64,000 bases of DNA from an uncultured Actinomycetes bacterium (GCA_963841735.1 CAWJDT010000007.1:24499-88498); one strand, 5' to 3'. Shown: positions 1 to 10,694, counted from the first letter of the stretch. Notes: generated from the sequence alone by a model not told the origin. Made by a program: numbers and translations.

Positions 1-3000
1 AACTGCAGCACCAGGTAGGGGGCGGGTGCTGCCGCGCCCATGTAGTGCTTGATGTACGAGTCGGGGCCGCACTTGAAGTTGGTCATGTAGATGACGTGCA
101 GGTTGGGCCGCGCGCCCACCAGCTTGGCCGCCTGCAGGATCTTGCGCCCGTAGCTCCAGAACATGTTGGGCGTGATGTCCCGGGTCTCTTCGCCCCAGGT
201 GGGCAGGAAGTCGATCGGGATGAGGTTGACCCCGTAGTAGCGGCGGAGCTTGGCCGGGATGTCCATGTTGACCCCGGCGTCGTAGATGTTGTACGGCCGG
301 CCGACCAGCACGATGCCCAGCTCGTCGTGCTCTTCGAGCACGGCCAGAGCTTCGGCTCCCGCGGCCAGCAAGGCGGCCGCGGAACTCCGACTGCGCCTCG
401 TAGGCCTCTTTCGAGGGCCTCGTCCACCACGCGGGCCGGAACGCCCAGGGGCTTCAGGGCCGCGCGCAGGGCCTCGCCCACGAACACGGGGCCGCGGCGG
501 AAGTGCAGTATGGGGGCCACGAACTTGTCGGCGTGAGGCCTCGAAGTGCGGGGCCATCCGGATGACGTGGGGCAGAGTCTGGCCCCAGGGGCAGGCGTGC
601 GACTCGATCTCGGGAGTGGTCGGTCTCTTCGTTCAGGAAGTTCGGCAGGAAGATGTGATCGGCGCCCTCTTCGATCAGCTCGGCCACGTGGCCGTGGGCC
701 ACGCGGATGGGGAAGCAGGGCTCGGCCACGGAGCCCTCGACGCCCAGCTGCCCTGATCTTCTTGTCGCTCTGGCGCGAGAGCATGACGTCGAACCCGCAG
801 GCCTTGAAGAAGGTGGCCCAGAAAGGCAGACGTTCGTAGGTGTACATGGCCCGGGGGATGCCCATGGTGCCGCGCGGAGCGCCGGTGCCCGAACGCAGCA
901 GGGTGGCGGTGTCCTCGGCCTCGGTCACGTAGGAGTACACCAGGGCGTTGCGGTACTCCACCAGGTCGCGGATGATGGGCTCCTTGTCCACCTTGGCCCG
1001 CTTGCGGTAGCGGTCGGAGCACTTGTCGCCCCAGTAGGTCTTCTCGTCGCCGATGGTGAACTGGCGGATGTCGCACTCGTTGCTGCAGCCCTTGCAGGTG
1101 AACTCGCGGATGGTGTAGTCCACCTTCTCCAGGTCCCAACCGCGGAAGCGGGAGGGCGCCTTGGTGGCCGCCATCTTCTCGCGGGCCAGCAGCGCCACGC
1201 CGATGGCGCCGACCACCCCGTTGTACGGCGGCACGATGATGTCCTTGTCCAGGATCTGGCTGAACGCGGCCGCCACCGAGTCGTTGTAGGCGGTGCCGCC
1301 CTGGAAGTAGATGGTGTCGCCGATGTGTCTACGGCCGACCAAGCGGTTGAGGTAGTTGTAGGCGATGGAGTAGGCCAGCCCGGCCACGAGAGCCTTCTTA
1401 TCAGCACCCCTCTGGAGGTACGAGTTCACGTCGCGCTCCATGAAGACGGTGCAGCGCTCGCCCAGGCGCACGGGCGCTTCCGAAGACAGGGCCAGCTCGG
1501 CGAACTCGCCGATGATCTTGATGCCCAGCTTCTCGGCCTGCTCCTCCAAGAAGGAGCCGGTGCCGGCCGCGCAGGCCTCGTTCATGGCGAAGTCGACCAC
1601 CACGCCGTCCTGCAGGCTGATGAACTTGGAGTCTTGCCCGCCGATCTCGAAGATGGTGTCGGGCACCCGGTCGATGAACTTGCGCCCGATGAAGGTGGCG
1701 CCCGTCTTGTGGGCGGTGATCTCGTCGTTGACGGTGTCGGCCCCGATGAGCTCGCCGATGAGCTCGCGGCCCGAGCCGGTGGTGGCGACGCCCAGGATGT
1801 CCAGGCGGGGGCCCATCTCGTTCCAGATGTCGGCCAGACCTTTGTTGACCACCTCGACGGGGCGGCCGTCGGTCTTGACGTAGATCTCTTTGACCACCTC
1901 GCCGGCCTCGTCCAGCACCACCAGGTTGGTGGAGACCGAGCCGATGTCGATGCCCAGGTAGGCCCCGACCTTGCCGTCGCCCGGCCGGGAACTGGTAGGG
2001 CTTCACGCGGTCGCGCAGCAGGATGACGCGGTCCATGGAGAGCGCGTCGGCTGTCTCGAAGTCGGCCGTCTGGCCCTTGCTCAGCCGAGAGGGGTCGATG
2101 GTGACCATCTCGACGCCGGACTGCTCGTCGGCGGCGGTCAGCGCGCTGCCGATGGCGCCCATCCAGGCGTAGTAGGCCGGGACCATGAGCCGGCCTTCGT
2201 CCATCTCGAACGCTTCGCGCAAGGCGTCCACGGCGCCTTTGTTGGCCGCCACGCCGCCGATGAAGGCCACCAGGTCGCCGATCTCCTTGCCCTTGGTGAT
2301 GGTGCTGCGATAGTTGCGCACCACTGCGTTACAGAGGCCCTTCAGCACCTCCGGTGGGCTGATAGCCCTTCTGCTGGGCGTGGATCATGTCCGACTTGGC
2401 GAACACCGAGCAACGCCCGGCGATGGAAGCGGCTTTGCCCGCGTCTCGAACGATGTCGCCTACGTCTTCGATGTCGTACAGCAGTCGGTTGGCCTGCTGG
2501 TCCATGAACGAGCCGGTGCCGGCGGCGCAGTCGCCGTTGGTGCCGTAGTCGACGATGCCCACCTGTCCGGAGGCCTCGTCGGTCTCGAGGTGGATGAACT
2601 TGGAGGTCTCGCCGCCCATCTCGAAGACGGTGGTGACGTCGGGATGCAGGGCGCCGATGGCGCGGGCGATGGCCTTGAACTCGTTCTCGTAGGGGATGTC
2701 GAGCAGGCTGCCCACCAGGCGTCCGCCGGTGCCGGTGACGCCAACGGCCGTGATCGTGCCCTCGGGCAGGGCTTCAAGTACTTGGGTGAGTAGCTCTCGG
2801 GCCGCATCGGCGGGGCCGCCCTTGATGCGCTGGTAGGCCGTCACCAGGAGGGGCGGCGCATCAGCACGGGGGAGAGTGCGACCCTCGGCCAGGGGTTCGT
2901 GGAAAAGGGGAGAACCGCCGGCCGTCGCGTTTGCCGCCAGGGCCTTGAAGGTCTCCCGGTCTTGGGGTTCGCCGACCACCGCGATCTTCACGCTGATGCA

Positions 3001-3027
3001 GCCTATGTCGATTCCGAGCGTCGCCAT
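1..3027 (-). CDS. CoA-substrate-specific enzyme activase (2-hydroxyacyl-CoA dehydratase activator type: two BadF/BcrAD ASKHA ATPase domains plus DUF2229-like region); runs off left edge, split by several frameshifts
   Basis: ORF pieces 2329..3048, 1401..2348, 83..1921 and 454..729 join up: LGIDIG, EMGGETSK, CAAGTGSFMDQQA, GRCSVFAKSDMIHAQQKG, second domain EIGGQDSK/CAAGTGSFLEEQA, CKGCSNEC, PCFPI, and FKCGPDS at the edge. Confidence 0.88.
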
Positions 3028-3231
3028 CGTTGTGCGGAACCTCCGCATGTACTACGGGGGAAAGCGCGCCGATGACGGTGGTTGTGAGGCAACCGGTGGC
3101 GCGGCTTGACCGCCGAAAATTACACGAATTGAGCCCGGATAGATTACCACGTACAGCCAGCCGCTCGGGAGGCGGAAGGGCCTCCGGTCATGCCGCGCTG
3201 AGTGGGTTGAGCGCGAGAGCGGCCTGCGTCT

Positions 3232-4791
3232 TCAGTCCTGCCGGCGGCGGAACATCTTGCCTATCGCCCGGCCTACCTGTTCCGCAAGGTGGGGCTTCGG
3301 CTGAGCGACGTCGAATGGGAGGCTTCGGCGCACGCCGGCCGAGAACGCATCCTCTTTGGTCCTCAGGCGCGCGAAGAAGAGCGACACGCAGCAGGTGGCA
3401 ACTGCTATGAAAGGTATGAACGCTCCGCCATAGCAGGCACCGGTATATGGGCCACCGGGGTACCCAGCAGAGCCTGAGACCAGAAATATGGCAACAGGCA
3501 CAAGGATCAGGCTGGGCACAAACGGTTGCTTGCGAATCAGCAGAGCAGCAACGCCGGCCAGCCCAAAGAAGAAGACTACGAGGGGCACCACGTGGGTCAA
3601 AGCGTAGCCCTGCGAGTTGTACGAGAGAGTGTGCAAGAGAAAACCTGGACCACCTACGCCAAAGCGCTCGCTCGCTCCCAGGGTGGTATCTACGCCGGCC
3701 GAGCGCAGGTACTGCCGAGCGTGCCATATGTTGAGTCCCCAGACGAGGAAGGTGAGCCCGAGGGCCACCCCCCAGCGGCAGGCTTCGCGCCAGCGGCGCC
3801 GCCAAAGTTGCATGATTATCCCACCCAACAACGCCGACACGAACCACTCCCGCAGGATAGCCGCCCCAAAGGAGAAGGCCAGTCCGGCGCGCTCCAACCT
3901 GTGGGCTACAAAGAAGGCAGCCGCTATCGCGAAGAAGCCGCCCCAGGTCTCGTACGACAGATACTGGTACGTGGTGATGGCAGACAGATAGAACGGGATC
4001 AGCACAATGGGCACGAGCAGGGCTGTGGCCGGGTCGCTTAGGCGCGCAGCCAGGGCGTACGCGAGCAGCAAAGCTAAGGTAGCGCCGAGGACGTAGCCCA
4101 GAAGGATGCCTGTGCCCGAATCGAAAAGGGTCGTCCACAAACGCGTGGCCACCGGAGTGCGCCAGCCGGCGAGATTGGTGGTGGGCTGCTCGAAACGGGC
4201 ATCCGCTTGTGATGCCTGACCCCAGGCTTCGTAGAAGCCCATGTCATGTTTCTCCACCAGCCAAAAGGTCTTCATAAAGAAGACCGGATCGTAGTTGTAC
4301 GACTCGGCCGGTGGTTCTCGGGCGACGTATCGCTCGACCGTCTCCGCCTGGTTATGCGCCTGCAGCAGGAAGATCGCGCAGAGCAGTAGCGCTACGGCGT
4401 AGGAGAGAATCCGGAAGTTGACGCGTCGGAAGACCAATCCGATGCCGAGCACGAGCACCACTCCGGCGGGTATTGCCATATAGTCGACCACATCTTGCCG
4501 GGCAGAGGGGTAGACAAAGCTCACAAATACAAAGGCCGCGGAGCCCAGCACCACCGACGCCATCACTGCCCAGACCGTCCGGCGTAGCAGCAGGGCCGCA
4601 AGCGCTGCCAGCAAGAGCACGATGCCCCAGGGGGGCCGTGGCGCGACTCTTAGCAGGGAGGCCGTGGCCACGAAGCCGCAGAACAGCGTCGAAGCCAAGC
4701 CGACCCAGGGCACGGGACGCAGGGGTCCGAGAAGCTGGCTAAGGGCTGAAGCGCGCCCGGGTGTGTGTTGGCTATCCGTCGATGGTTGCAT
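3232..4791 (-). CDS. Polytopic membrane protein, possibly GT-C-type glycosyltransferase
   Basis: About 12 hydrophobic segments with an external loop (YNYDPVFF...GWRTP) and an LREW motif; start trimmed from ORF 3232..5061 to avoid overlap; function is inference. Confidence 0.6.
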   Translation of the reverse strand: MQPSTDSQHTPGRASALSQLLGPLRPVPWVGLASTLFCGFVATASLLRVAPRPPWGIVLLLAALAALLLRRTVWAVMASVVLGSAAFVFVSFVYPSARQDVVDYMAIPAGVVLVLGIGLVFRRVNFRILSYAVALLLCAIFLLQAHNQAETVERYVAREPPAESYNYDPVFFMKTFWLVEKHDMGFYEAWGQASQADARFEQPTTNLAGWRTPVATRLWTTLFDSGTGILLGYVLGATLALLLAYALAARLSDPATALLVPIVLIPFYLSAITTYQYLSYETWGGFFAIAAAFFVAHRLERAGLAFSFGAAILREWFVSALLGGIIMQLWRRRWREACRWGVALGLTFLVWGLNIWHARQYLRSAGVDTTLGASERFGVGGPGFLLHTLSYNSQGYALTHVVPLVVFFFGLAGVAALLIRKQPFVPSLILVPVAIFLVSGSAGYPGGPYTGACYGGAFIPFIAVATCCVSLFFARLRTKEDAFSAGVRRSLPFDVAQPKPHLAEQVGRAIGKMFRRRQD

Positions 4792-4916
4792 ATGAATCCG
4801 CGCCATCATACGGGAAACAGGCCGCTTCCCGCAAATCTGTCTGACAACGGAACAAGGGCGACGTTGTGGCACATCGCCGAAGACGTGGAGGCCGATGCTG
4901 GGCGCCCTTCGAACTC

Positions 4917-5858
4917 CTACTCGAGGGTCCCGGTGACCTCCAGGTAATCGATGTTTATATTGGTGTCGGTCGCAGCAGCGTTCTTGCGCCCGGTCCACTG
5001 GATTACCACGGTGTGCGATCCACTGCCCAGCATGCCTGAGTTCCAGACCTCTTGGCGCCAAAGGACATCAGCGCTGTAGAGATCGACGGTGACCGAGTCG
5101 CCGCCATCGACCGTCACTTGGGCCTCGCCGTAGACAGAGCTCTTCTTAGCCAACCAGGCGAGCTGAATGCCGTCGAAACGAATAGTCACCGAGGCTCCCG
5201 AGGCGTTGGCAAAAGCGAAGTTCTCGCCAGAGGCCGACGAGTCGGAGGTGGCCTTCCAGTTGCCGGCGTAGACGAGTTTCGTATTGGTCTGTTGATAGCG
5301 GCCGGTCAGCACCCCGTGCACCTCGATGGCATCGACATTGATGTTGTCATCTGTGGCCGCCGGTGCTTTCTGCCCAGTCCAGGCGATGGTGACTACGTGC
5401 GGGCCGACGCTGAGCGTACCCGTCTGCCATACCACCTGCTGCCACACCACGTCTGCGCTGTAGAGGTCGACATTGCCCACGCTGGTCCCGTCCACCGTGA
5501 CCTCTGCCTGGCCGTAGACAGGGGATTTCTTGGCTATCCAGGAAAGTTCAGTGCCGACAAAGCGGATGGTGAGCGAAGCACCGGAGGAGTTGGCGAAGGT
5601 GAAGCTGCTTCCGGTGGCCGAGTTGTTGTCAGAGGCCTTCCAACTACCGGCGTAGGTGAATCGGCGTTCGGTTTCTTGGTGGGTGGTGGTCTCAAAGACA
5701 CCAACAGGCAGACTGGTAGCAGTGGTCGAGGTCGTCTCTGGGATAGTCGAGTTGTCGGGAAGACTGGTCGAAGTCGTGGTGGTTCCCGCGCTGCCCGAGC
5801 AGCCCCCCAGAAGGACCATCATCACCAGAACGCTAGCGACCAGCAGACTCTTCTTCAC
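4917..5858 (-). CDS. Lipoprotein with Thr-rich linker and two tandem beta-sandwich (CBM/galactose-binding-like) repeats
   Basis: GTG start MKKSLL..., lipobox LGGC, two copies of YAGxWK...GASxTIRF.G..L.W.AKKS.VYG.A.VTVDG...VDLYS. Confidence 0.75.
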   Translation of the reverse strand: MKKSLLVASVLVMMVLLGGCSGSAGTTTTSTSLPDNSTIPETTSTTATSLPVGVFETTTHQETERRFTYAGSWKASDNNSATGSSFTFANSSGASLTIRFVGTELSWIAKKSPVYGQAEVTVDGTSVGNVDLYSADVVWQQVVWQTGTLSVGPHVVTIAWTGQKAPAATDDNINVDAIEVHGVLTGRYQQTNTKLVYAGNWKATSDSSASGENFAFANASGASVTIRFDGIQLAWLAKKSSVYGEAQVTVDGGDSVTVDLYSADVLWRQEVWNSGMLGSGSHTVVIQWTGRKNAAATDTNINIDYLEVTGTLE

Positions 5859-5977
5859 GCCGCACCCCCTTGCCGGCGATTCGACTCTACTCATCGATCC
5901 ACGTCTAATAATACAGGGAATGTTGAAGAATGGAGTTTTCAGTAAAGCATAGCGTCTTCAACGCCAACTCGTGGGCT

Positions 5978-6235
5978 GGTCACTGCGACTCAGTGACCTA
6001 CATGACAGGGGGTGGAAATCGCGACTCCTTGTCTCCGTGGTGGGGGAGGGAGCTGTTCGCGGTCCGGAAGGTCAAAGGCTCAAACAAAGAGCTTGGAAGA
6101 CCATCCCCCTGCACATGCTTGACAGAAGGCCCGGTGCCAAGCGACGGTTGACCGACCGGCTCCTGGGACTGTGACTTCAATTGCGAAACTCAGCACGTCC
6201 GCTGGCTGGGGCTCACTTGGGCCCGGCACGGGCGA
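5978..6235 (+). ncRNA. Candidate structured non-coding RNA, family unassigned
   Basis: Perfect hairpin GGTCACTG/CAGTGACC (5978-5998), closing stem 6001-6015/6101-6117 enclosing sub-helices, further hairpins 6131-6159 and 6196-6234; G-U pairs favour the + strand. Confidence 0.4.
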
Positions 6236-6329
6236 CCCTGATCACAGAGATCTCGATGTTGCGCACAATGGCGAGGGTTGGTTGCATCGCTGAATCTGAT
6301 CGACCTCACGTCGAGTTGCTACGAAGCCA

Positions 6330-7082
6330 TCAAACCGTACTGAACAGGTACATGGCCCAGCCCAGGCAGTCACGTCCCCATCGTAGGAAGCCGTCCCGGC
6401 TCTTGTGCGCGGTGCTGAGAAGCGCTTCTACGTCTGGGTCATCGGGATGGGCGGCCGCGTACCGTTCGGCGGCCTGCCACTGGAGGCCCTCGTACCTGTC
6501 CCAATCGTCCTGAGAGGACACGACGGAGTACAAGTATGTAAGACCCAGGTCTACACCTGTCTGAACGTTGCTGGAGTGAGAACCGTATGACTCGGCCTCT
6601 TGTTCGGTCAGTCTCAGGTACTCCGGGTGCGGGGGGATCTTCCAGAATGGCTCGCCCACGAGCACGAGACCGCCGGGACTCACCATTTTGCCCAAGGCTT
6701 CGAGCGTTCTCTGGTGGCCGTTGTAGACCCAGGAGGCGCCGATGCATGAGGCCATGTCCAGACTCCTCTGTTGATCCGGCGCATACTTGCCACCGTCCAT
6801 GTTCAGCAGCGCGATACGATCGGTCAGTCCCCGGGCGGCAACATTCTTTCGCGCCTCCTCGAAGGTGACCGGAGACAAGTCGAGCCCCGTAGCGGTCACC
6901 TCGTACCGCTCCGCCACGAGGCAGAGAAACTCGGCCTTGCCGCAGGCCACGTCCAGGACTCGCCCGTTTTCAGGCAGGCGCAAGAGGTCGATGAGCTCTC
7001 TGGTCTTGGCCAGGCTCGTCGGGTTCATGACCGTATGGTCGGTGTGGGTGATGCCAAAGTACTTCCACATGTCCATGTCCAC
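6330..7082 (-). CDS. Class I SAM-dependent methyltransferase
   Basis: Motif I VLDVACGKA, LDLSP, CIGASW, PGGLVLVGEPFW. Confidence 0.85.
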   Translation of the reverse strand: MDMDMWKYFGITHTDHTVMNPTSLAKTRELIDLLRLPENGRVLDVACGKAEFLCLVAERYEVTATGLDLSPVTFEEARKNVAARGLTDRIALLNMDGGKYAPDQQRSLDMASCIGASWVYNGHQRTLEALGKMVSPGGLVLVGEPFWKIPPHPEYLRLTEQEAESYGSHSSNVQTGVDLGLTYLYSVVSSQDDWDRYEGLQWQAAERYAAAHPDDPDVEALLSTAHKSRDGFLRWGRDCLGWAMYLFSTV

Positions 7083-7180
7083 GGGCGCGTCCTTTCATCC
7101 TTGTTTGCCACTCGCAGCGATAGAACCACCGGGCGATACTGTGCGGACTTCGAATCGTCTAGAGTCTGTGAGGCGTCATC

Positions 7181-7402
7181 TCAGTCAGTGCGGCCGTCTT
7201 CCCCTGATCTCTCGAAGTCATCGGACCAGACGGTCGGGCGCGGCTCTCGTGGCCTTCTGACTGTCATCCAGCCACGCACGACTGGCACCCCACCGGATGT
7301 AGGCAATCTATCGACCAGATCCTCTTTGGGCCCGCGAACGGTTAGACGCTGCCATACACTTTGCAGGATCTTTCGGACTGTGCTCGGCTCTTTGTCCATC
7401 AT
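7181..7402 (-). CDS. Small hypothetical protein
   Basis: 73-aa ATG ORF co-oriented with its neighbours and filling an intergenic gap; no recognisable motif. Confidence 0.35.
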   Translation of the reverse strand: MMDKEPSTVRKILQSVWQRLTVRGPKEDLVDRLPTSGGVPVVRGWMTVRRPREPRPTVWSDDFERSGEDGRTD

Positions 7403-7476
7403 GTCGTTCCATTCTGGGTTGCCATCACCGGGGGGTACTACATGGACTTCGAACGGTGTGACTCTTCTACGCTAAC

Positions 7477-7974
7477 TCAGCCAGACGGGGGTGCAAATCG
7501 CGGTAGCAGGTTCTGGCGGACGTAGTCGAGGCTCTCTTCCTCCCCGGCATAGAACGTGACGTAATCGTGGTGATCGAAGGACGCGTGGATGTCCGAGGCT
7601 GCGATGACTAGGTCGCCATCCCAGCTACTCAACATGGAGAGGTAGAGGAATGAGTTCAGGTCCTCTGTCTCGTAGCCCAGAAAGAGATGACCGGGCGCTT
7701 CATGCCAAAGGCGATGATCCCCGTAGCTCTGGCGGAGTTTGTAGTAGAGATGCCAGTTGGCGCACGAGGGAAAGATCAGCGGATTGGTGATCCAAAGGAG
7801 CGCTTCGTTTCCACATGTGAGAGAAGTGGCCATCCAATGCGCCAAGTAGAGAATCTGCCCCGATTCTTGGGGAAACTTGACTTCCTCTCTGCGGGCCCCC
7901 GGAATGGTCTCCGGTGTCTGCAGCCCTCGGCCGTGCAGCCAGTCCTTGCATTCCTCGTCGGTATAGAAACGCAT
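7477..7974 (-). CDS. Hypothetical protein
   Basis: ATG (MRFYTDEEC) preceded by GGGGGAGGG Shine-Dalgarno; globular composition (NWHLYYKLRQSYGD...EAPGHLF). Confidence 0.7.
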   Translation of the reverse strand: MRFYTDEECKDWLHGRGLQTPETIPGARREEVKFPQESGQILYLAHWMATSLTCGNEALLWITNPLIFPSCANWHLYYKLRQSYGDHRLWHEAPGHLFLGYETEDLNSFLYLSMLSSWDGDLVIAASDIHASFDHHDYVTFYAGEEESLDYVRQNLLPRFAPPSG

Positions 7975-8143
7975 TGCCCTCCCCCTACAAGTCACCAGAT
8001 TGGTGAGCCTCAGACTACACCCGGGCGAGATGGCTGAGCAAGCGTGGAGTGCTGGAAGGTAGCGACGTTGCCAAAGATTCCACTGGTGTCGAGCGGGCCA
8101 TAGTGGATTTGAACCGCGCCCCGTCGGCTATACTCGGCTGACA

Positions 8144-8614
8144 ATGAAACCCACCGGCATCAAGCTCATCGCGCAGAACAAGAAGGCCTACCACGACTAC
8201 TTCATCGAGGAGACGTTGGAGGCCGGTATCGTTCTCACCGGCACCGAGGTCAAGTCGCTCCGGGTCGGCCGGGCCAACCTGCGCGACTCGTATGCTGCTG
8301 TGGAGAAGGGCGAACTCTTCCTCGTCGGCTGTCACATCAGCCCGTATGAGCAGGGCAATATCTTCAACCACGATCCGGTGCGCTCCCGCAAGCTTCTGGT
8401 GCATGCCCGCGAGCTGCGCCGTCTATTTGGCAAGGTGAAGGTCGCCGGCTATACCTTGGTGCCCACCAAGATGTACTTCAAGGATGGTCGGGCCAAGGTG
8501 GAAATCGGACTGGCCAAGGGTAAGGCTCTATACGATAAGCGCCAGGTTTTGGCCACGAAAGAAGCGGAGCGCGACATGGCCAGGTCCTTCCGCCGCGCCG
8601 GCAGGGAAGACTGA
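8144..8614 (+). CDS. smpB: SsrA-binding protein SmpB
   Basis: [45 protein letters not shown]; ssrA lies just downstream. Confidence 0.98.
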   Translation: MKPTGIKLIAQNKKAYHDYFIEETLEAGIVLTGTEVKSLRVGRANLRDSYAAVEKGELFLVGCHISPYEQGNIFNHDPVRSRKLLVHARELRRLFGKVKVAGYTLVPTKMYFKDGRAKVEIGLAKGKALYDKRQVLATKEAERDMARSFRRAGRED

Positions 8615-8839
8615 CTAGAAGGGGCCGACCAACGGGTAAGGCGTGTTGTCTTGATACTTCAGCGCTTCGGCCTTTGCTAGGTCCACATCTTGGGCGATCT
8701 GCCTAGCGGCGAGTCGGCCGTCGATGGCCTCGGGGTCAGAGGACAACTGGCTCAGCCATTGTTCGCGCTTGGCCCGGCGGCGAGCAAGCAGGCGGGAGAG
8801 GAGGCCCTTGCCTCCGTGTGGTGAGACTACTGTGTCCAT
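8615..8839 (-). CDS. Small hypothetical protein between smpB and ssrA
   Basis: 74-aa ATG ORF whose stop codon directly abuts the smpB stop, tail to tail. Confidence 0.5.
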   Translation of the reverse strand: MDTVVSPHGGKGLLSRLLARRRAKREQWLSQLSSDPEAIDGRLAARQIAQDVDLAKAEALKYQDNTPYPLVGPF

Positions 8840-8899
8840 GGATCCAGAATAGTCTCGGCCGGGCTGTTTGTCGACGCATTCGATCAAGCCGCCGAGGAG

Positions 8900-8905
8900 T
8901 ATAAT
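8900..8905 (+). promoter_or_regulatory. Putative -10 element of ssrA
   Basis: TATAAT about 50 nt upstream of the mature tmRNA 5' end. Confidence 0.55.
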
Positions 8906-8954
8906 CTCCCAACTCAGTCAGCTCGGCAGAAGGAGCCGGGTGTCTGGGTCTCGT

Positions 8955-9318
8955 GGGGGCGACATGGTTTCGACGGGGCTCATGTCTGGGTTTAGGTTGC
9001 GAGCCGAGATCCCGGCCGTTCTCGTTAAACAGGCTGGAAAACACAATTGCCAAACCTTCATTGGCTCTGGCCGCTTAGTCTTTAACTAGACTACAGCGCC
9101 TGTCACGCCTCCCGCGTCTGCCGGGGAGGGTCGTGGCATAAACCAGGCGGACTTACTCTCGGCGAGTGCCGCCGGCGTCGGGAGAAAATTAAGGTGGCTG
9201 GCCGGACGTTCCCTGCTCCTACGGGTGCGCGAGGCGAGAAACAATGTAAGAGCTACGCTCGTAGATATCTAGGCTCGACGAGTTTCGGACGGGGGTTCGA
9301 TTCCCCCCGCCTCCACCA
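8955..9318 (+). ncRNA. ssrA: tmRNA; tag peptide (A)AKPSLALAA* encoded at 9049-9078
   Basis: 5' GGGGGCGACATGGTTTCGAC, 3' GGGGGTTCGATTCCCCCCGCCTCCACCA; acceptor stem with G3-U wobble; tag ends in LAA. Confidence 0.97.
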
Positions 9319-9371
9319 TTGCGTGGCGGCTGGTGACGCCCAACGCCGACCTCACCTGGGAGGGCGACGCG

Positions 9372-10379
9372 ATGAAGAGACTGCTGTTCCTTCCGATCAC
9401 GCTTGTCCCGCTGTTGTGGCTACTCGCCTGCTCCGGGTCGGTCGACACGGAGCAAACCACTGTCACCACGGTGGGGGCCATCACTACGGCTGCCCAATCG
9501 GTGACGACTACCAGCGCCGTGCCTCCATCCACGAAAGGGGCCACCACCACGGTGTCGACTATGCCGGAAGGCTACGCTCTCACAAGCATCCTGCTGATGG
9601 GCGCGGCCGATAAGGACTTCTCGAGCGAGGGGGGCAAGACTTTCGCTCTCACCCACATTCTCATCACGCTCGACCCCGAAGCGCGGTTGATCAAGTTCAC
9701 GCAGTTCCCCTACAACCTCATTGTCGATGTGGAGAGGGAGAGCGGGCTGGAAGCGATGGCGCTTCAGTCGGTCTCCAGCGAGTATGACGAACAGAAGGTC
9801 GTGGCGACGCTGGAACAGAACTTCGGCATCGAGATCGACCACTGGATGGTCATGAACATGAGCGGAATGGTGGACATCGTCGATGCTATGGGCGGCATCG
9901 AGATCAACGTTGAGAGTCTGTCTCTGAACGAGGCGGCCCAACACCTCGTAGATATTCTGGGTGTGCCCTGGCAAGAAGTCATGAGCACAGGACTCCAGGT
10001 GCTCTCTGGGGTGCAGACGGCCGGGTACTTCGTTGACACCGTTCCGCAGACCGACGAGTCCATGAAGGAAGAGGAGCTGCTCTTCCGCGATAGGCACGAG
10101 ACCATCCTCAGGGCCGTCGTGCTGGGTATCAGGGCCCTTGGGCTGGCCGGCGAAGACCTGGTGAGCGTCGCGGGCAGCGTTGCCGGCACCTACTCCACCA
10201 GCATCGCCCCAGGGGACTGGCCGGTCATCGCCGCGACTGCCGCCTATTGCGTGAAGCGTGATCCGCAATTCTTGTTTGTGCCACTGGAGATCGTGGGCGC
10301 AGCCGGCAGCGACTCTCAGATGGTCTACAACAAGAACGTGGACGTGCCGGCGGTGCAGGAGTTCGTCTCGGGACGATAG
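9372..10379 (+). CDS. LCP (LytR-CpsA-Psr)-like lipoprotein with degenerate active-site motifs
   Basis: SD GGAGG, lipobox LLAC, Thr-rich linker, ILLMG, LEQNFGIEIDHWMVMNMSGMVDIVDAMGGIEINV, GLQVLSG. Confidence 0.75.
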   Translation: MKRLLFLPITLVPLLWLLACSGSVDTEQTTVTTVGAITTAAQSVTTTSAVPPSTKGATTTVSTMPEGYALTSILLMGAADKDFSSEGGKTFALTHILITLDPEARLIKFTQFPYNLIVDVERESGLEAMALQSVSSEYDEQKVVATLEQNFGIEIDHWMVMNMSGMVDIVDAMGGIEINVESLSLNEAAQHLVDILGVPWQEVMSTGLQVLSGVQTAGYFVDTVPQTDESMKEEELLFRDRHETILRAVVLGIRALGLAGEDLVSVAGSVAGTYSTSIAPGDWPVIAATAAYCVKRDPQFLFVPLEIVGAAGSDSQMVYNKNVDVPAVQEFVSGR

Positions 10380-10460
10380 TGGGGCTCGCGGCCGTCGGAG
10401 GGCGTCGTAAGGCTGCGCCGGCCATTGGGCGGCGGCAGCAGTGGAGTGACCGGTAGACAC

Positions 10461-10495
10461 AAGCTCCGCGGGACGAGTCGGTTCCCGTGGAGCTT
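10461..10495 (+). terminator. Intergenic stem-loop, possible terminator
   Basis: AAGCTCCGCGGGA / TCCCGTGGAGCTT 13-bp stem with one G-U pair downstream of the LCP gene; no U tract. Confidence 0.4.
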
Positions 10496-10694
10496 CTGCG
10501 AGTTTGAGGTCGGTGGCCTCCAACAGCCTGCTGCCGTGGGACTCGGTCGGTCGTCGTTGCGCGGCCCTGGGCGGCATGGTATAGAGAGACGGCTGGAGGC
10601 ACCATCAGACTGGGGGGCGCGACGCATGTGCTGCAGACGAGTGAAGGCAAGGTATTGCTTCCATAGGGGAGCAAACCAAACGAGAGGTGGTCAC

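Noticed and set aside
6006-6065. T-box riboswitch or SRP RNA
   Set aside because: Bulge deviates from UGGNACC, there is no stem I or downstream sense gene, and the SRP GGAAGCAGC continuation is absent
6180-6243. Group II intron domain V/VI
   Set aside because: Only the 3' half resembles D5; the catalytic-triad arm and any reverse transcriptase ORF are missing
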